From a virus (lineage: Duplodnaviria; Caudoviricetes), in the IMG/VR virus record IMGVR_UViG_3300033067_001302, positions 18,596 through 82,595 of that record: DNA of 64,000 nt; one strand, given 5' to 3'. The notes below the pieces were generated by a model. The model saw nothing but the letters and a program-made list of their open reading frames with translations, was not told where the DNA came from and did not search any database. Both the position numbers and the translations under genes were made by a program. Below are positions 44,626-54,233 of this stretch, in pieces. The stretch's first letter is position 1. The number at the start of each line of letters is the position of its first letter.

Positions 44626-46764
44626 TTACTTGCGCTTGATTCCAGCAAGTTGCATCAAACGGTTCTTCTCTGCTTCCACCAGGGTTGCTCCCTCGTATGG
44701 GTTGGCAGATTCGTTGAGAGGAGCAGCAGCGGTTACACCTGCCTTCGAAGAGCTTCCTGCCTTCGAAGAAACCTTCTGCATTCCCTCAACCACAACCTTC
44801 ACGCGGTTGTAGATTGCCTTGACTTCCTCAAGCGATGTCCCTCTGTCCAGGTGCTCCGCAATTTTCTGCTTCTGTTCCTTGGTCAGATTTCGGTTATTCA
44901 CGAAAGGCTGGAAATGAACCAGCTTTGCGTTGAACAGCTTTTGATCGGCAAGACTCGAACGGAGAACCTTGTTCTCCTTCACAATCTTGGCCGTAACAGG
45001 ACGCTTCTTGCTCTCAGCAAGTGGTCCCTTGTCCTCTGGCTCGTCATCGTCGCCATCGAGGTCCAAATCCACGTCGTCGCCTTCGTCAGCACCGGCATCA
45101 GCCGATCCAACACCAAGCGAGCTTGGTTCATCCGAAGAAGGCATATCATCGACGACTTCAATCTCGTCGTCATCCCCAAGGCCCGAAAGCTCTGGAACGA
45201 GGTCAGCAAGATCAAAGTTGAAGTTGATCACGGTTCCCTCATCCTCCGACATAACTCCCATTCCAGGAGCGCCAGGAGTTGGGAGAGCGTCGCCACCTTC
45301 CATTGGCATTCCGCATTCCTTCAGTTGCTCCTGAAGTGCGGCAATCTGCTTCTTCAAAGCCTCGGCCTTGATCTTCTTGGTCTGCTCAGCAAGCGCCTTC
45401 GAAGAAACCGCAACGGATTCCTTCTTCATTGGCTTCTCGTCCTTCTCTGGACCCTTGCTCTCGGAAACACCCTGAACATGCGAAGCTGGGTTGGTCTTGC
45501 TTGCGTCCGTGCTCTTGGTTGGGTCAACTTGACCAACCTTCTTGTCAGGGATCGTCGAAGCAGCACCAGCAAGATCCTGCTCGCCATCCTTGGCAGCAAG
45601 CGACTCTCCAGAACCCTCTGCAACAAGAGCTGCAAGCTCCTCTGCAAGAGCAGCCTGTGCCTGTGCCTCAGCCGACTCAGTCTTGAGTGTCACTGTTGGC
45701 TCGGTAACCTTCATGGCGTGCGATCCTGCCTTGTCAGCAGCAGCTTCGTGCGAGTTGTCAACCTTCATCGAGACTTCTGTCTTGTGGACATCAGCGGGAG
45801 ATGTAACGGGACCACCCTTCACCGAATCGCTCTCTGCGAGCAACTTTGCAGCCATTTCCTTGAGAGACTTGCTTGCCATGTCAGTTCCGGTTCCTTCTTC
45901 TGTTCTGTGATAAGTATTAGCCACAACCGCTTCTTTCAGTTTGCGGTGCAAAATCTCCAAACGGGTCTCTTGAATTTGGTTGAGACGAGGAGAAATGAGG
46001 TTTTTGCTGTTCAAGGTTTCCAGGGATTCCAGGAGCTGGAACAGCCTTTCCTGAAGAGCTTCCTTCACCAAGGATGGGACTCCGGTCTTGGAGGAATATG
46101 CTTGGTGAATCTGAGAAGCAGCCTTTCCGAGCTTCTCTGTAAAGAGCTCGTAGGTTTCTTCCATGGTTGGTTCCTCTGCTGGAGGTGCTTCCTCTGCTGG
46201 AGGTGGAGGTGGAGGTGCCATCTCTTGTCCTGCGGAAGGAAGAGCTTCTCCGTCAACTGAAGGCTCAGCAGAGCCACTTGGGTTCACATCGACTGGAGTT
46301 GGTGAAGGCATGCCGCCTGGAATCTCTGCGGGAGCTTCTGCGGAACCGGAACCTTCATCAGGTGTTTCCGATCCGGGCTCAGCCGGAACGAAGAGATCCT
46401 CCAAGTCAATGACCAGCTTTCCATCTGGCCCTGGCATTGGCATGTTCATTACCTCTGCGCCTGCCACCTTAATAGGTGCAGCACCCTGTCCACTTGCTGG
46501 TGGCTCAGGAGACACAGGAGCGGGCATAGAAGCGTCACCGGTAGGATCAGCAGACACTTCTGGCTCGGGAGTCACAGGGGCAGCAGGGTCGGTCCCAGGA
46601 AGCTCTTCTTCGAAGAGTGTGCTGGATTTACCTGCAAGCTGGCTTGCGATAATCTTCCGAATTGCAGGAGTCATCTCCTGAATGAGGGTGTTCTTTGCAT
46701 CCTCTTCAGCAACTTGACGCAACTTCTTTGCCTCAAGCAGCGCTTCTTCGAAAATTGACGACAT
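44626..46764 (-). CDS. Prohead core / scaffold protein (gp22-like)
   Basis: Acidic, Pro-rich low complexity; C-terminal LFNAKL...LTKEQKQKIAEHLDRGTSLEEVKAIY and RLMQLAGI; directly upstream of the capsid gene. Confidence 0.75.
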   Translation of the reverse strand: MSSIFEEALLEAKKLRQVAEEDAKNTLIQEMTPAIRKIIASQLAGKSSTLFEEELPGTDPAAPVTPEPEVSADPTGDASMPAPVSPEPPASGQGAAPIKVAGAEVMNMPMPGPDGKLVIDLEDLFVPAEPGSETPDEGSGSAEAPAEIPGGMPSPTPVDVNPSGSAEPSVDGEALPSAGQEMAPPPPPPAEEAPPAEEPTMEETYELFTEKLGKAASQIHQAYSSKTGVPSLVKEALQERLFQLLESLETLNSKNLISPRLNQIQETRLEILHRKLKEAVVANTYHRTEEGTGTDMASKSLKEMAAKLLAESDSVKGGPVTSPADVHKTEVSMKVDNSHEAAADKAGSHAMKVTEPTVTLKTESAEAQAQAALAEELAALVAEGSGESLAAKDGEQDLAGAASTIPDKKVGQVDPTKSTDASKTNPASHVQGVSESKGPEKDEKPMKKESVAVSSKALAEQTKKIKAEALKKQIAALQEQLKECGMPMEGGDALPTPGAPGMGVMSEDEGTVINFNFDLADLVPELSGLGDDDEIEVVDDMPSSDEPSSLGVGSADAGADEGDDVDLDLDGDDDEPEDKGPLAESKKRPVTAKIVKENKVLRSSLADQKLFNAKLVHFQPFVNNRNLTKEQKQKIAEHLDRGTSLEEVKAIYNRVKVVVEGMQKVSSKAGSSSKAGVTAAAPLNESANPYEGATLVEAEKNRLMQLAGIKRK

Positions 46765-46789
46765 TATGACCTCTTAGGGGTAGGTAGAA

Positions 46790-47284
46790 TCAACGAGGGG
46801 TGGATTTACCAAAAATGAGATTGCCAATCTTCTGACGAGCAATGTTCACCCTGGTATTTGCTGGGTTAGCAAGACCATCACCCACACCTGCACCACCACC
46901 ACCAACATGGATAGAGGCTGCATCCCTGTGAGGGATGTTCGTTGGGTTCAAACCCGGTCCTGGAGACGATGGGTTTGGACCGTATGGGGTTCCAGGAAGA
47001 CCTCCACCACCAGTTGCAACCGTGGCAAGGTCAGGGGAATCCGAGAAGTCGGTCTTGACCAAACCAAAGGTGTGACCGCCGTCATTCAAAGGAGACAGGT
47101 TGACTTCTTCGTACTTGGCAACAACCTTCTCATCTTCGTAAGAGCCGTCATAGGCTGGAGAGCCAGGGAATGACTCACGAAGGGAAGCGTAGTCTGCGCT
47201 ACCAGGGGAAAAAGTACCAAGTCCAGTGGATGCACCACCGGCTTTTGGTTGAGGAGATGTGAGGAGTTGACGGTGGGACGGCAT
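46790..47284 (-). CDS. Gly/Pro-rich head-module protein
   Basis: 164-aa ORF with TATTTA motif at 47305-47310. Confidence 0.55.
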   Translation of the reverse strand: MPSHRQLLTSPQPKAGGASTGLGTFSPGSADYASLRESFPGSPAYDGSYEDEKVVAKYEEVNLSPLNDGGHTFGLVKTDFSDSPDLATVATGGGGLPGTPYGPNPSSPGPGLNPTNIPHRDAASIHVGGGGAGVGDGLANPANTRVNIARQKIGNLIFGKSTPR

Positions 47285-47315
47285 TTGAACTTACCCTTTG
47301 GAGCTAAATATCTCC

Positions 47316-47738
47316 CTACTGGCTTTTCGACTTTCCAGCGAATGCCAAGAGAGCCCAGCGGTCCTTTGCCTCGAACTGTCCAAGCTGAGCTTGATCGAAC
47401 TGACGCTCTTCTGTAGAAACAGCAGCCTCAGTCAGAATTCCTGCACCTGACGTACCAGCCGCCAATTGCTTTTGGAGGGTTGTACGAGCGGTATCAGCAA
47501 TGATCGACTCATACATGGAAGCCTTAGCAGGATCTTTACCTGCCAGGAGACGCGTGGTAAGTTCCACAGCAGCTTGAAGGCGGCTGTTTCCAACACCACC
47601 AGTGCCCTGACCTGCTTGCGGGTTCTTGATTTCGTTCAACTCGCCAGCTTTGGAGGCAAAGGAAAGCTTTCCTTCCTGTGCAAGCTCCAGGAGACACTCC
47701 TTGATGATTGACTTCAGTTCGGAACGGTTCAATTTCAT
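47316..47738 (-). CDS. Head-module protein with leader helix
   Basis: MKLNRSELKSIIKECLLE; ATGA overlap with the protease stop. Confidence 0.6.
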   Translation of the reverse strand: MKLNRSELKSIIKECLLELAQEGKLSFASKAGELNEIKNPQAGQGTGGVGNSRLQAAVELTTRLLAGKDPAKASMYESIIADTARTTLQKQLAAGTSGAGILTEAAVSTEERQFDQAQLGQFEAKDRWALLAFAGKSKSQ

Positions 47739-48358
47739 TTGCGCTTACCCTTCAAAGCAAGAATTTCGTTGGCTGCACGATCAATACGATCCGATTTGCT
47801 CATGATCCGACGAACCTCATCGTCAGAGAAGCTCTTGGCTTCCTTCATCATGAACGCCCCATGAGTGGACGGCTCGGAGACAATGTCCCAGCAAACAAGG
47901 TAAAGGTCCTCTTGAACTACATCGGCTTCAGAGAGCTTTTGGACACTGCCAAGAGCTCGGGAAGAGATTCCAACCTTCACGTCATTCTTCAGGAGACCCT
48001 TGAGGTTTCTTCCTTGATCAAGGTCCTCAAGAACCTCAATCTCTCCCCAGAGGTCATTGCCCTCCCACCAAATATCCGTGATAATGTGGGAAGCGTTCTG
48101 AAGGTTCACGGTTGGTGAATCGGCGTGGTCCAGTTCTCCAGTTGCCCTACGCTCCTTGACCATGGTCATGTAGTTGCGCACTTCTCTTTCCAGGATGTGC
48201 TTTGGGTAAACCCTGCCATTTTGGTTCAAGGCATCTGCACGTTGGATAACACCCCTGACAAGGATGTTCCCATACTTGGAAAGGCGAGGCTTGCCTTCCT
48301 CGTCGGTTGGTTTCTTGTAATCGAACTGGGCGAATTCTTGCAAAAGCAGCTTACTCAT
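47735..48358 (-). CDS. Prohead protease (T4 gp21-like)
   Basis: GVIQRADALNQNGRVYP, GELDHAD, ASHII, VGISSRALGS, CWDIVSEPSTHGA. Confidence 0.93.
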   Translation of the reverse strand: MSKLLLQEFAQFDYKKPTDEEGKPRLSKYGNILVRGVIQRADALNQNGRVYPKHILEREVRNYMTMVKERRATGELDHADSPTVNLQNASHIITDIWWEGNDLWGEIEVLEDLDQGRNLKGLLKNDVKVGISSRALGSVQKLSEADVVQEDLYLVCWDIVSEPSTHGAFMMKEAKSFSDDEVRRIMSKSDRIDRAANEILALKGKRK

Positions 48359-49229
48359 TGGAGAGCTCCTCGTTTAGCTTGGAAATTGACATGTAGAAGG
48401 TGACCAAGGAATCATCGAGATTGCTGGTGTCCTGGTAGGTCTCCTGGAGCATCTGCTTTACCTCGGTCAGCTTGGTCTTTACCTTCTGAGCGTCCTTGTC
48501 CCGGAGGATGGCTGTCTCCAACAACTTGGAGGACTTCTCTTTCAAACCCTCCAGGAGCTTGATCAACTCTTCCTTGGAGGAAACATTGTCCTTCGAGAAG
48601 ACATAGAGGCGAAGAAGCTTCTTCTGCTCCTCGTTGAGCATGGTGCCGAATCTTTGGTTGAACTTCTGAATCATCAGGTTCACAACCAGCCCGTCAACCT
48701 CAGACTCCTGCATGTTCAAGGACTTGCTCTCGGCGACAGGAAGCTTGCTCACCAACCTGTTCAGGAGCTTGTCTTCCAATTGAGCTGCCTCACTGAGGTT
48801 CTCCGTAACGATTCTCCCGCGCCAGTGGTTCAAGAGCACTTGAATGGTCGCGTAATCACGATATTCAACAATCTCCTGGTCAAAGAAGTTGCACTCCCCA
48901 AAGGTTTGGTTGATTTCGTGGAGAAGGGCTGTCTTCTCCAGGTCAATTCTGGCTTGGGATTGAAGCTTGCAGGCTTCCTTAACTTGACCAAGCAAAGAAT
49001 TTGCTGCCTCCCTCGACTCCACACGGGTCTCAAAAAGGTTGGTGAACAACCGAAGCTCACGACTCAGCTCCGTTCCCTTTTGGAAATGACGGGCATAAAG
49101 GGCTTTCGCTTGCTCAATGTCACTGTCCCTCTTCTCAAGGATAGCCTTGGCGATATAACGAGCAAAGAACTCGTTCAGGAGACCGACATTTCGCTTCTTG
49201 TTGTGCTTCAGGGTTGTGGACTTCAACAT
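48351..49229 (-). CDS. Conserved head-module hypothetical protein
   Basis: KHNKKRNVGLLNEFF; likely start MLKS (49229), downstream of TAATTA at 49277-49282. Confidence 0.6.
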   Translation of the reverse strand: MLKSTTLKHNKKRNVGLLNEFFARYIAKAILEKRDSDIEQAKALYARHFQKGTELSRELRLFTNLFETRVESREAANSLLGQVKEACKLQSQARIDLEKTALLHEINQTFGECNFFDQEIVEYRDYATIQVLLNHWRGRIVTENLSEAAQLEDKLLNRLVSKLPVAESKSLNMQESEVDGLVVNLMIQKFNQRFGTMLNEEQKKLLRLYVFSKDNVSSKEELIKLLEGLKEKSSKLLETAILRDKDAQKVKTKLTEVKQMLQETYQDTSNLDDSLVTFYMSISKLNEELSNE

Positions 49230-49316
49230 TTCAGGAGATTCCTTCGAGGTTTGCCCTCGCGCCTTGGTGTTGCCTCTAATTAGCTGGCTCATTTTGGCAA
49301 AAACCAGAACTTGCTT

Positions 49317-51428
49317 TCAAGTCTCTGATTCAGGCTCCTTGATTTCCAAACCGAGCTCTGCCAACACAGCGAAAGTTGGAACATTTTGGCTGTTTGAGGC
49401 TGTTTCCTCAACCAGAATATCGCCGAGGTCGAGTTCCTCTTCTCCAATGATGTCAACAAGCACATCGTCAGTTGGAGCTGGGGCTTCCTTTTCTGTGAGC
49501 ATCTTCTTACGACCCTTAGCTTGATCAAAGCGCTCCAGCATCTTCTTCACATCCCTGGAGAGGTTGCTCCTGACGCCACGAAGATCCTTCCTGATTTGCT
49601 CCGAAAGAGGATCATCCAAAAAGTTCTTGTCGTAGAGATCCCGGAGAGAAGTGTTCTTCCCAGGATTCAACATCGCAGCGAAGTCTGGTTGGTCCGCTTG
49701 GATAGCAAGATCACTCTTCCTTCTTCTTGCATTCCTCTTGTCCATCCTGACTTGAGGATTGACCTTGATTGGAACCTCTCCCTGACTCAGCTTCAAAGCC
49801 ACAGGGGAGACAGTGGAAGGAGCAGCGTCAGGTGGGGCATTGGGCGAAGCAGGAGCCCCAGGAAGGGAAGAATTCACTGGAGGTGAAGGAAGTGACGTGT
49901 CTGCTGTTTGAGAGCCCCCTGGAGGCAGATAGGTCGAACCGTCGAATGGATCAACGGTATTCTCTCCTGTGGTGTCGGCGTCAACAATAGAATCAAGCTC
50001 GACGGCAAAGCGTTTGTCGGCCTTGAGCTTCTCCCTGAGTCCCTTGACTTCGTCCTCGGTAAAGCCAAGAATTTCCTTGTAAAGCCATTCCATTGGAAGG
50101 AATCGAGTTTCGATTTGGTCGACAGCTCCGATAATGTCGATCTTTGTCTTCCAGAGGTCCAACTTCTGTTGAAGGGCAACAGAGGATGGGTTGGAAAGAC
50201 GAAGCTGGAAGTCAATCAAGTCCTCTCCCTCGAAGCCCTTGGCGTAGAGGTGAAGGATTGCGAGCTTGTTCAACTCGGAAATGATGATCTTCTGGTAGAT
50301 TTGGATCGTCCTGGAGAACCTAATGTCCTCTTGGGCCAAGGTTGCCTTGGAAGAGAGCATCTCGTCATAACCAAGATAGGCTTTTGGAACACCCAAGGCA
50401 GCAAAGAGCTGGGATTGGATGATTTCAATGTCTTCCGTGGCTGTTTGGTGCGTTCCGCCTGTAAGGGTATCAATCCTTGTTCCAGAGTTGGCTCCACGAA
50501 CAGGGACGATGTAGTCCTCAAGAACGTCTGTTGGGTTGAACCTCTCATCAAGACGGCCTGTTTCCTTGTCCACTGCCGTCTGTCCCCTGATGGTGGACAT
50601 GATGGTGTTCATGTAGTTTGGAATGTCATTTGGGGCAACAGTTCCAACGTCAACGTAGAACACCCTGCGCTCTGGAGAGCGAACAAGGCGGTAAACCAAC
50701 ATTGCGTCGAGCATCATCACGTACTGACGCCAAATCCTACGAGCTGACTCCAGGACAGAGGTTCCATAGGGAGCGAACTGATCGTTTCCAAGGATACGGA
50801 AGTGGGTAACCTGCCAGTTCTCCAACACCTTCTGTCCATTCTTGTGCCAACGGAAGCGGACAGCGTAAGGGTCATTTGCATCATACCCCTCGTCTCGTTC
50901 CACTTCATTGACATTCAAGGCCATGACGTTGACAACACCGATACCTGGGGCCACCTCGTTGTAGAGGAACAGGTCACCGTACTTCAAGAGGTTCCTGATC
51001 CAAACCCTCAAGTTGAAGTCCACGTTCAGGATGTCGTAGAAGAGCTCAGAAAGAGCTTCCTTGATATCCGGGTTGTCGGAGTAGATGTGGAAGTTCTTTC
51101 CATTCTCGTCCCCAGAGCAAGCTTCGTCAGCCTGAACATCCAAGGCTTTCGACATGACAGGGGTGTACTCCATCTCCGCATACTCCATGTAGCGGGTCAT
51201 TCGGGCCATAATGTCCGAACCACCGAGCATGGAGAATGGGGAGTTGTGGGAAGTTCCCTTGCGGAAAGGGATCATTCCATTCCCTGAACCTGACCTTGCA
51301 GCCAAAACTGCTTGTTTGTCGTAGTAGCCAGAGTCGTCGTAGCCACGAATCTTGCGACGGACAGATGGGCCAGAACGAAAAAGCCTTGTCAGGCGATTGA
51401 AAAAGGAATCATCACGCGGTGCAGCCAT
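49317..51428 (-). CDS. Portal protein (T4 gp20-like) with long C-terminal extension
   Basis: YGTSVLESARRIWRQ, DAMLVYRLVRSPERRVFYVDVG, EDYIVPVRG, IDTLTGG, LGVPKAYL, LAQEDIRFSRTI. Confidence 0.95.
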   Translation of the reverse strand: MAAPRDDSFFNRLTRLFRSGPSVRRKIRGYDDSGYYDKQAVLAARSGSGNGMIPFRKGTSHNSPFSMLGGSDIMARMTRYMEYAEMEYTPVMSKALDVQADEACSGDENGKNFHIYSDNPDIKEALSELFYDILNVDFNLRVWIRNLLKYGDLFLYNEVAPGIGVVNVMALNVNEVERDEGYDANDPYAVRFRWHKNGQKVLENWQVTHFRILGNDQFAPYGTSVLESARRIWRQYVMMLDAMLVYRLVRSPERRVFYVDVGTVAPNDIPNYMNTIMSTIRGQTAVDKETGRLDERFNPTDVLEDYIVPVRGANSGTRIDTLTGGTHQTATEDIEIIQSQLFAALGVPKAYLGYDEMLSSKATLAQEDIRFSRTIQIYQKIIISELNKLAILHLYAKGFEGEDLIDFQLRLSNPSSVALQQKLDLWKTKIDIIGAVDQIETRFLPMEWLYKEILGFTEDEVKGLREKLKADKRFAVELDSIVDADTTGENTVDPFDGSTYLPPGGSQTADTSLPSPPVNSSLPGAPASPNAPPDAAPSTVSPVALKLSQGEVPIKVNPQVRMDKRNARRRKSDLAIQADQPDFAAMLNPGKNTSLRDLYDKNFLDDPLSEQIRKDLRGVRSNLSRDVKKMLERFDQAKGRKKMLTEKEAPAPTDDVLVDIIGEEELDLGDILVEETASNSQNVPTFAVLAELGLEIKEPESET

Positions 51429-51564
51429 GTTATTTCTCTATATTCCCGGCCACAACACGAGTTGTCTGGAAGTATGCCAATTTCTGGACTATCCTATAGA
51501 TGAGCGGCCATTGTGGGAATCCCAGGATGGTCCTAAATAGAGTCGCAGAAAGTGCGACCGTTAA

Positions 51565-51951
51565 GTGCCAATGGAAACCATCCCGCCCTTTTTGAAAGAA
51601 CGCATCAATGAGGTGATTGGGTATATCGGGGATACAACAGCCGATTACCTGATCATCAAGCGCCAATTGATTAACAACTTCCCCACCCCGTCTCGGGCAC
51701 TATTCTCAGCGAGACACCCCTGTACAAAGAAGCACACCTTGAATGACTTCGACAGAGCGGTGATGGAATACTGGGAGCGAGAGACGGGGGTAAAGCTGGA
51801 GCTAGATCCAGCAAAGCTACACGACCCTGGGTGGGAACAAAAGAAAAAGGGGTGGGCGCTGGTCCTACTTAACGAGCAGAGACGAAAGCGCCCCAATGAA
51901 GCAAGATTCAAGAAACAAGCAAGTACGGGAGCTTGTGGAAGCCCTCCTTGA
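51565..51951 (+). CDS. Hypothetical protein
   Basis: 128-aa ORF divergent from the portal gene. Confidence 0.5.
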   Translation: MPMETIPPFLKERINEVIGYIGDTTADYLIIKRQLINNFPTPSRALFSARHPCTKKHTLNDFDRAVMEYWERETGVKLELDPAKLHDPGWEQKKKGWALVLLNEQRRKRPNEARFKKQASTGACGSPP

Positions 51952-52870
51952 AGCCGAAGGAGAGAATGACCTCTACAACACGTTCATTCAGCCATTTGTT
52001 GACGTTGGTATCACAGCCGCCTATGGAATTGAGAGGCTCTCAACCCAGGTGCAAACGGTTGTCAAGGGTTTCCTCTATGGACTGCCAACCCTCTTTGTCC
52101 CGTTCCTGGAGTTTGACTATGAGTCCTTCCGGGAAGATGAAAAGAAGAAGGTCGATGACCTCAAGAAGAAGTACGGGAAGACCCTTCAGGCCAACCTGGA
52201 TGCCATTACATCCAATGATGCCTTTGGTCTAGCCTTCCTTCTTGCTCCAAGCACTATCCTCGCTGCTCAGTTGGCAGCAAAGGTTCCTGCCGCCGCTTTG
52301 AAGATTATTGGAATCTTCCTGGGAGACTCGGCGATCTTTGGGGATGTCCAGAAAGCTATCTCTGGTGTTGCCAATGTGGGGTTCCATGACCCTGGCGGAC
52401 ACAGTGCGGGTGCTTGGGCAACTCAGGGTGGTGGGTATGCTGACGATGGTTGGGTTACAGAGGCCAAGGAAGCTGGAGACAGCTCCGAGATCCTCAAGAT
52501 CCTCAAGGACAAAAAGGTCCAAGCTGCATTCCAGAAAAGCCCTCTGGCTCGACAGATGCGTCAAGATGGGGTGAATGTCATTGTTGACCACGTCAAGCGA
52601 TTCATGAGCGCCAAGTCCTATGACGAGCTCCGAAGGCTGGCAAGGAACGATCAAGGGTTTGCACAGATCGGTCAAGCTCTGAAGCAGTTGAACCAAAGCG
52701 GACAGGTACCTCCCCAGGACAATCCTACTGTTGCCCAAGCTATGGTGCCAAAGCTCAAGGAGACATACAGGGACTTCTGGGTTAAGAAGATGCAAGAGCT
52801 TGCCTCCCAATACCCTGAAGCCCAGGCCGAGCTCCAAGGGGGGATCAAGACCCTCCTTTCTATGAAATAG
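51896..52870 (+). CDS. Hypothetical late protein with leader helix
   Basis: MKQDSRNKQVRELVEALLE; TACTTA at 51866-51871. Confidence 0.65.
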   Translation: MKQDSRNKQVRELVEALLEAEGENDLYNTFIQPFVDVGITAAYGIERLSTQVQTVVKGFLYGLPTLFVPFLEFDYESFREDEKKKVDDLKKKYGKTLQANLDAITSNDAFGLAFLLAPSTILAAQLAAKVPAAALKIIGIFLGDSAIFGDVQKAISGVANVGFHDPGGHSAGAWATQGGGYADDGWVTEAKEAGDSSEILKILKDKKVQAAFQKSPLARQMRQDGVNVIVDHVKRFMSAKSYDELRRLARNDQGFAQIGQALKQLNQSGQVPPQDNPTVAQAMVPKLKETYRDFWVKKMQELASQYPEAQAELQGGIKTLLSMK

Positions 52871-52996
52871 AAGATCCCCTTCTTCTCTCTTCTTGGTAAT
52901 CCTCCACTGTCCGTTTTCGAGGGGTGTAGGGCTATTTTTTTCCTTCGTGGTATACAGCTCCCCGTCTGTCCGTTAGATTGGGCGTCGAGGTACAAC

Positions 52997-53281
52997 ATGG
53001 TACGAAGAGCAGAAGACGAAGGTATGGGCGCAGACACAATGCCGAGCAGCATCACGGACCTGGAGCCAATCATCCAGGAGTTCGTGGAGAAGATGAAGCG
53101 CATCAAGAACGAGCAGGAGCTCCTGAAGCAGGACGAGAAGGACCTGATGGAGGAGTACAAGGACAAGCTCGACATGAAGGCCCTGAAGGCTGCTATGCGT
53201 GTCGTTGCGGTCAAGGAAAAGGTTGACCACAAGGACACCTTCGACACGATGGTCGAAGTCCTGGAACGGATTGACGGATGA
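52997..53281 (+). CDS. Small coiled-coil dsDNA-binding protein (T4 DsbA / GapR-like)
   Basis: IQEFVEKMKRIKNEQELLKQDEKDLMEEYKDKLDMKALKAAMR. Confidence 0.55.
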   Translation: MVRRAEDEGMGADTMPSSITDLEPIIQEFVEKMKRIKNEQELLKQDEKDLMEEYKDKLDMKALKAAMRVVAVKEKVDHKDTFDTMVEVLERIDG

Positions 53282-53547
53282 AGAACATTCGAATCGTTAG
53301 GTTGGTCTACCTCGATTGTCGGGGTCTTGCGCAAGGGGATATTTCCTCGTACGTTGAGGGCGTCCGGGAAACTTTTGGCATGGGTAGTGAGTGTCAAGAA
53401 GATCAGGCGTTTGAAGTCATTTTCATCCCTGTGCGCTCTGAAACGAGAATCGAGCATGTGGTCCTTGACCTTGAACAAGTGAAGATTGCGAAGGTCATGG
53501 AGTATATCGACGTGGAAGAGTTGCGTCGGCAGTATCCCGGCGTATGA
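53278..53547 (+). CDS. Hypothetical protein
   Basis: ATGA-coupled ORF. Confidence 0.55.
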   Translation: MKNIRIVRLVYLDCRGLAQGDISSYVEGVRETFGMGSECQEDQAFEVIFIPVRSETRIEHVVLDLEQVKIAKVMEYIDVEELRRQYPGV

Positions 53548-53643
53548 CGAGTTAGCCGTTATTGGCTAAACAGATTGCTTTCCTTGTGAGAGAAGAATGG
53601 ATCGTGGAGCGTCCGTTTTTCCCGGACTCCAAGTGAGACCACA

Positions 53644-54024
53644 ATGGCACAAGAGAAGTACGAAGTTCCAGAGATTTGCTACGATGAGCCGTTGCCAGGG
53701 CAACCGGCCAACCAGTTCCCTTTCATCCTCTTGAAGGCGGGCAAGAAGATGCCTCCCGTACTCTTCATTGAAGAACGACGGGAAACAGGCGAGGTTGAAC
53801 CAGGACCAAACGGGGAATCCATCGAGATTGTGGACTCCCTGATGCACAAGTTTGTGGACATGGAAATTCTCAAAGAGAAACTTCCTCCGCACTTGAACAA
53901 CATGGTCCGCACTGCCCTTGGAATGAAGCCTCTCGAAGAAGCTACAGTTTCCGGCCAAGCCATTTTGGACAAAGTCATGGCAGCGGTAGAAAAGAACAAG
54001 ACGAAGAAAGGCCCTAAGCAATGA
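53644..54024 (+). CDS. Hypothetical protein
   Basis: 126-aa ORF in the plus-strand operon. Confidence 0.6.
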   Translation: MAQEKYEVPEICYDEPLPGQPANQFPFILLKAGKKMPPVLFIEERRETGEVEPGPNGESIEIVDSLMHKFVDMEILKEKLPPHLNNMVRTALGMKPLEEATVSGQAILDKVMAAVEKNKTKKGPKQ

Positions 54025-54218
54025 GAATGCACGTTTCGGTTGTAAACAAGCTCATGTACCTGTTTCAGAACTACGGTGGACATGAGAGGGATACCAAGCT
54101 CCGCAAAATGCTTGAAGAAGTTGACCTCATGCCGTACGAGAGACAGTCGGGTTCACAGGAAGTGATCTTGGTCCTCACAGAGGATTACATGAAGCAACTT
54201 GCTGGAACTGGACGCTGA
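54021..54218 (+). CDS. Hypothetical protein
   Basis: ATGA-coupled 65-aa ORF. Confidence 0.5.
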   Translation: MRMHVSVVNKLMYLFQNYGGHERDTKLRKMLEEVDLMPYERQSGSQEVILVLTEDYMKQLAGTGR

Positions 54219-54233
54219 AAGCGGTGAACCACA

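Noticed and set aside
42678-51428. Eukaryotic giant virus origin, or inteins/introns in core genes
   Set aside because: The T4-type HK97 capsid, portal, SD sequences and tmRNA indicate a bacteriophage. RecA, MCP, portal and GroEL read continuously, with no intein splice motifs or intron-split frames seen.
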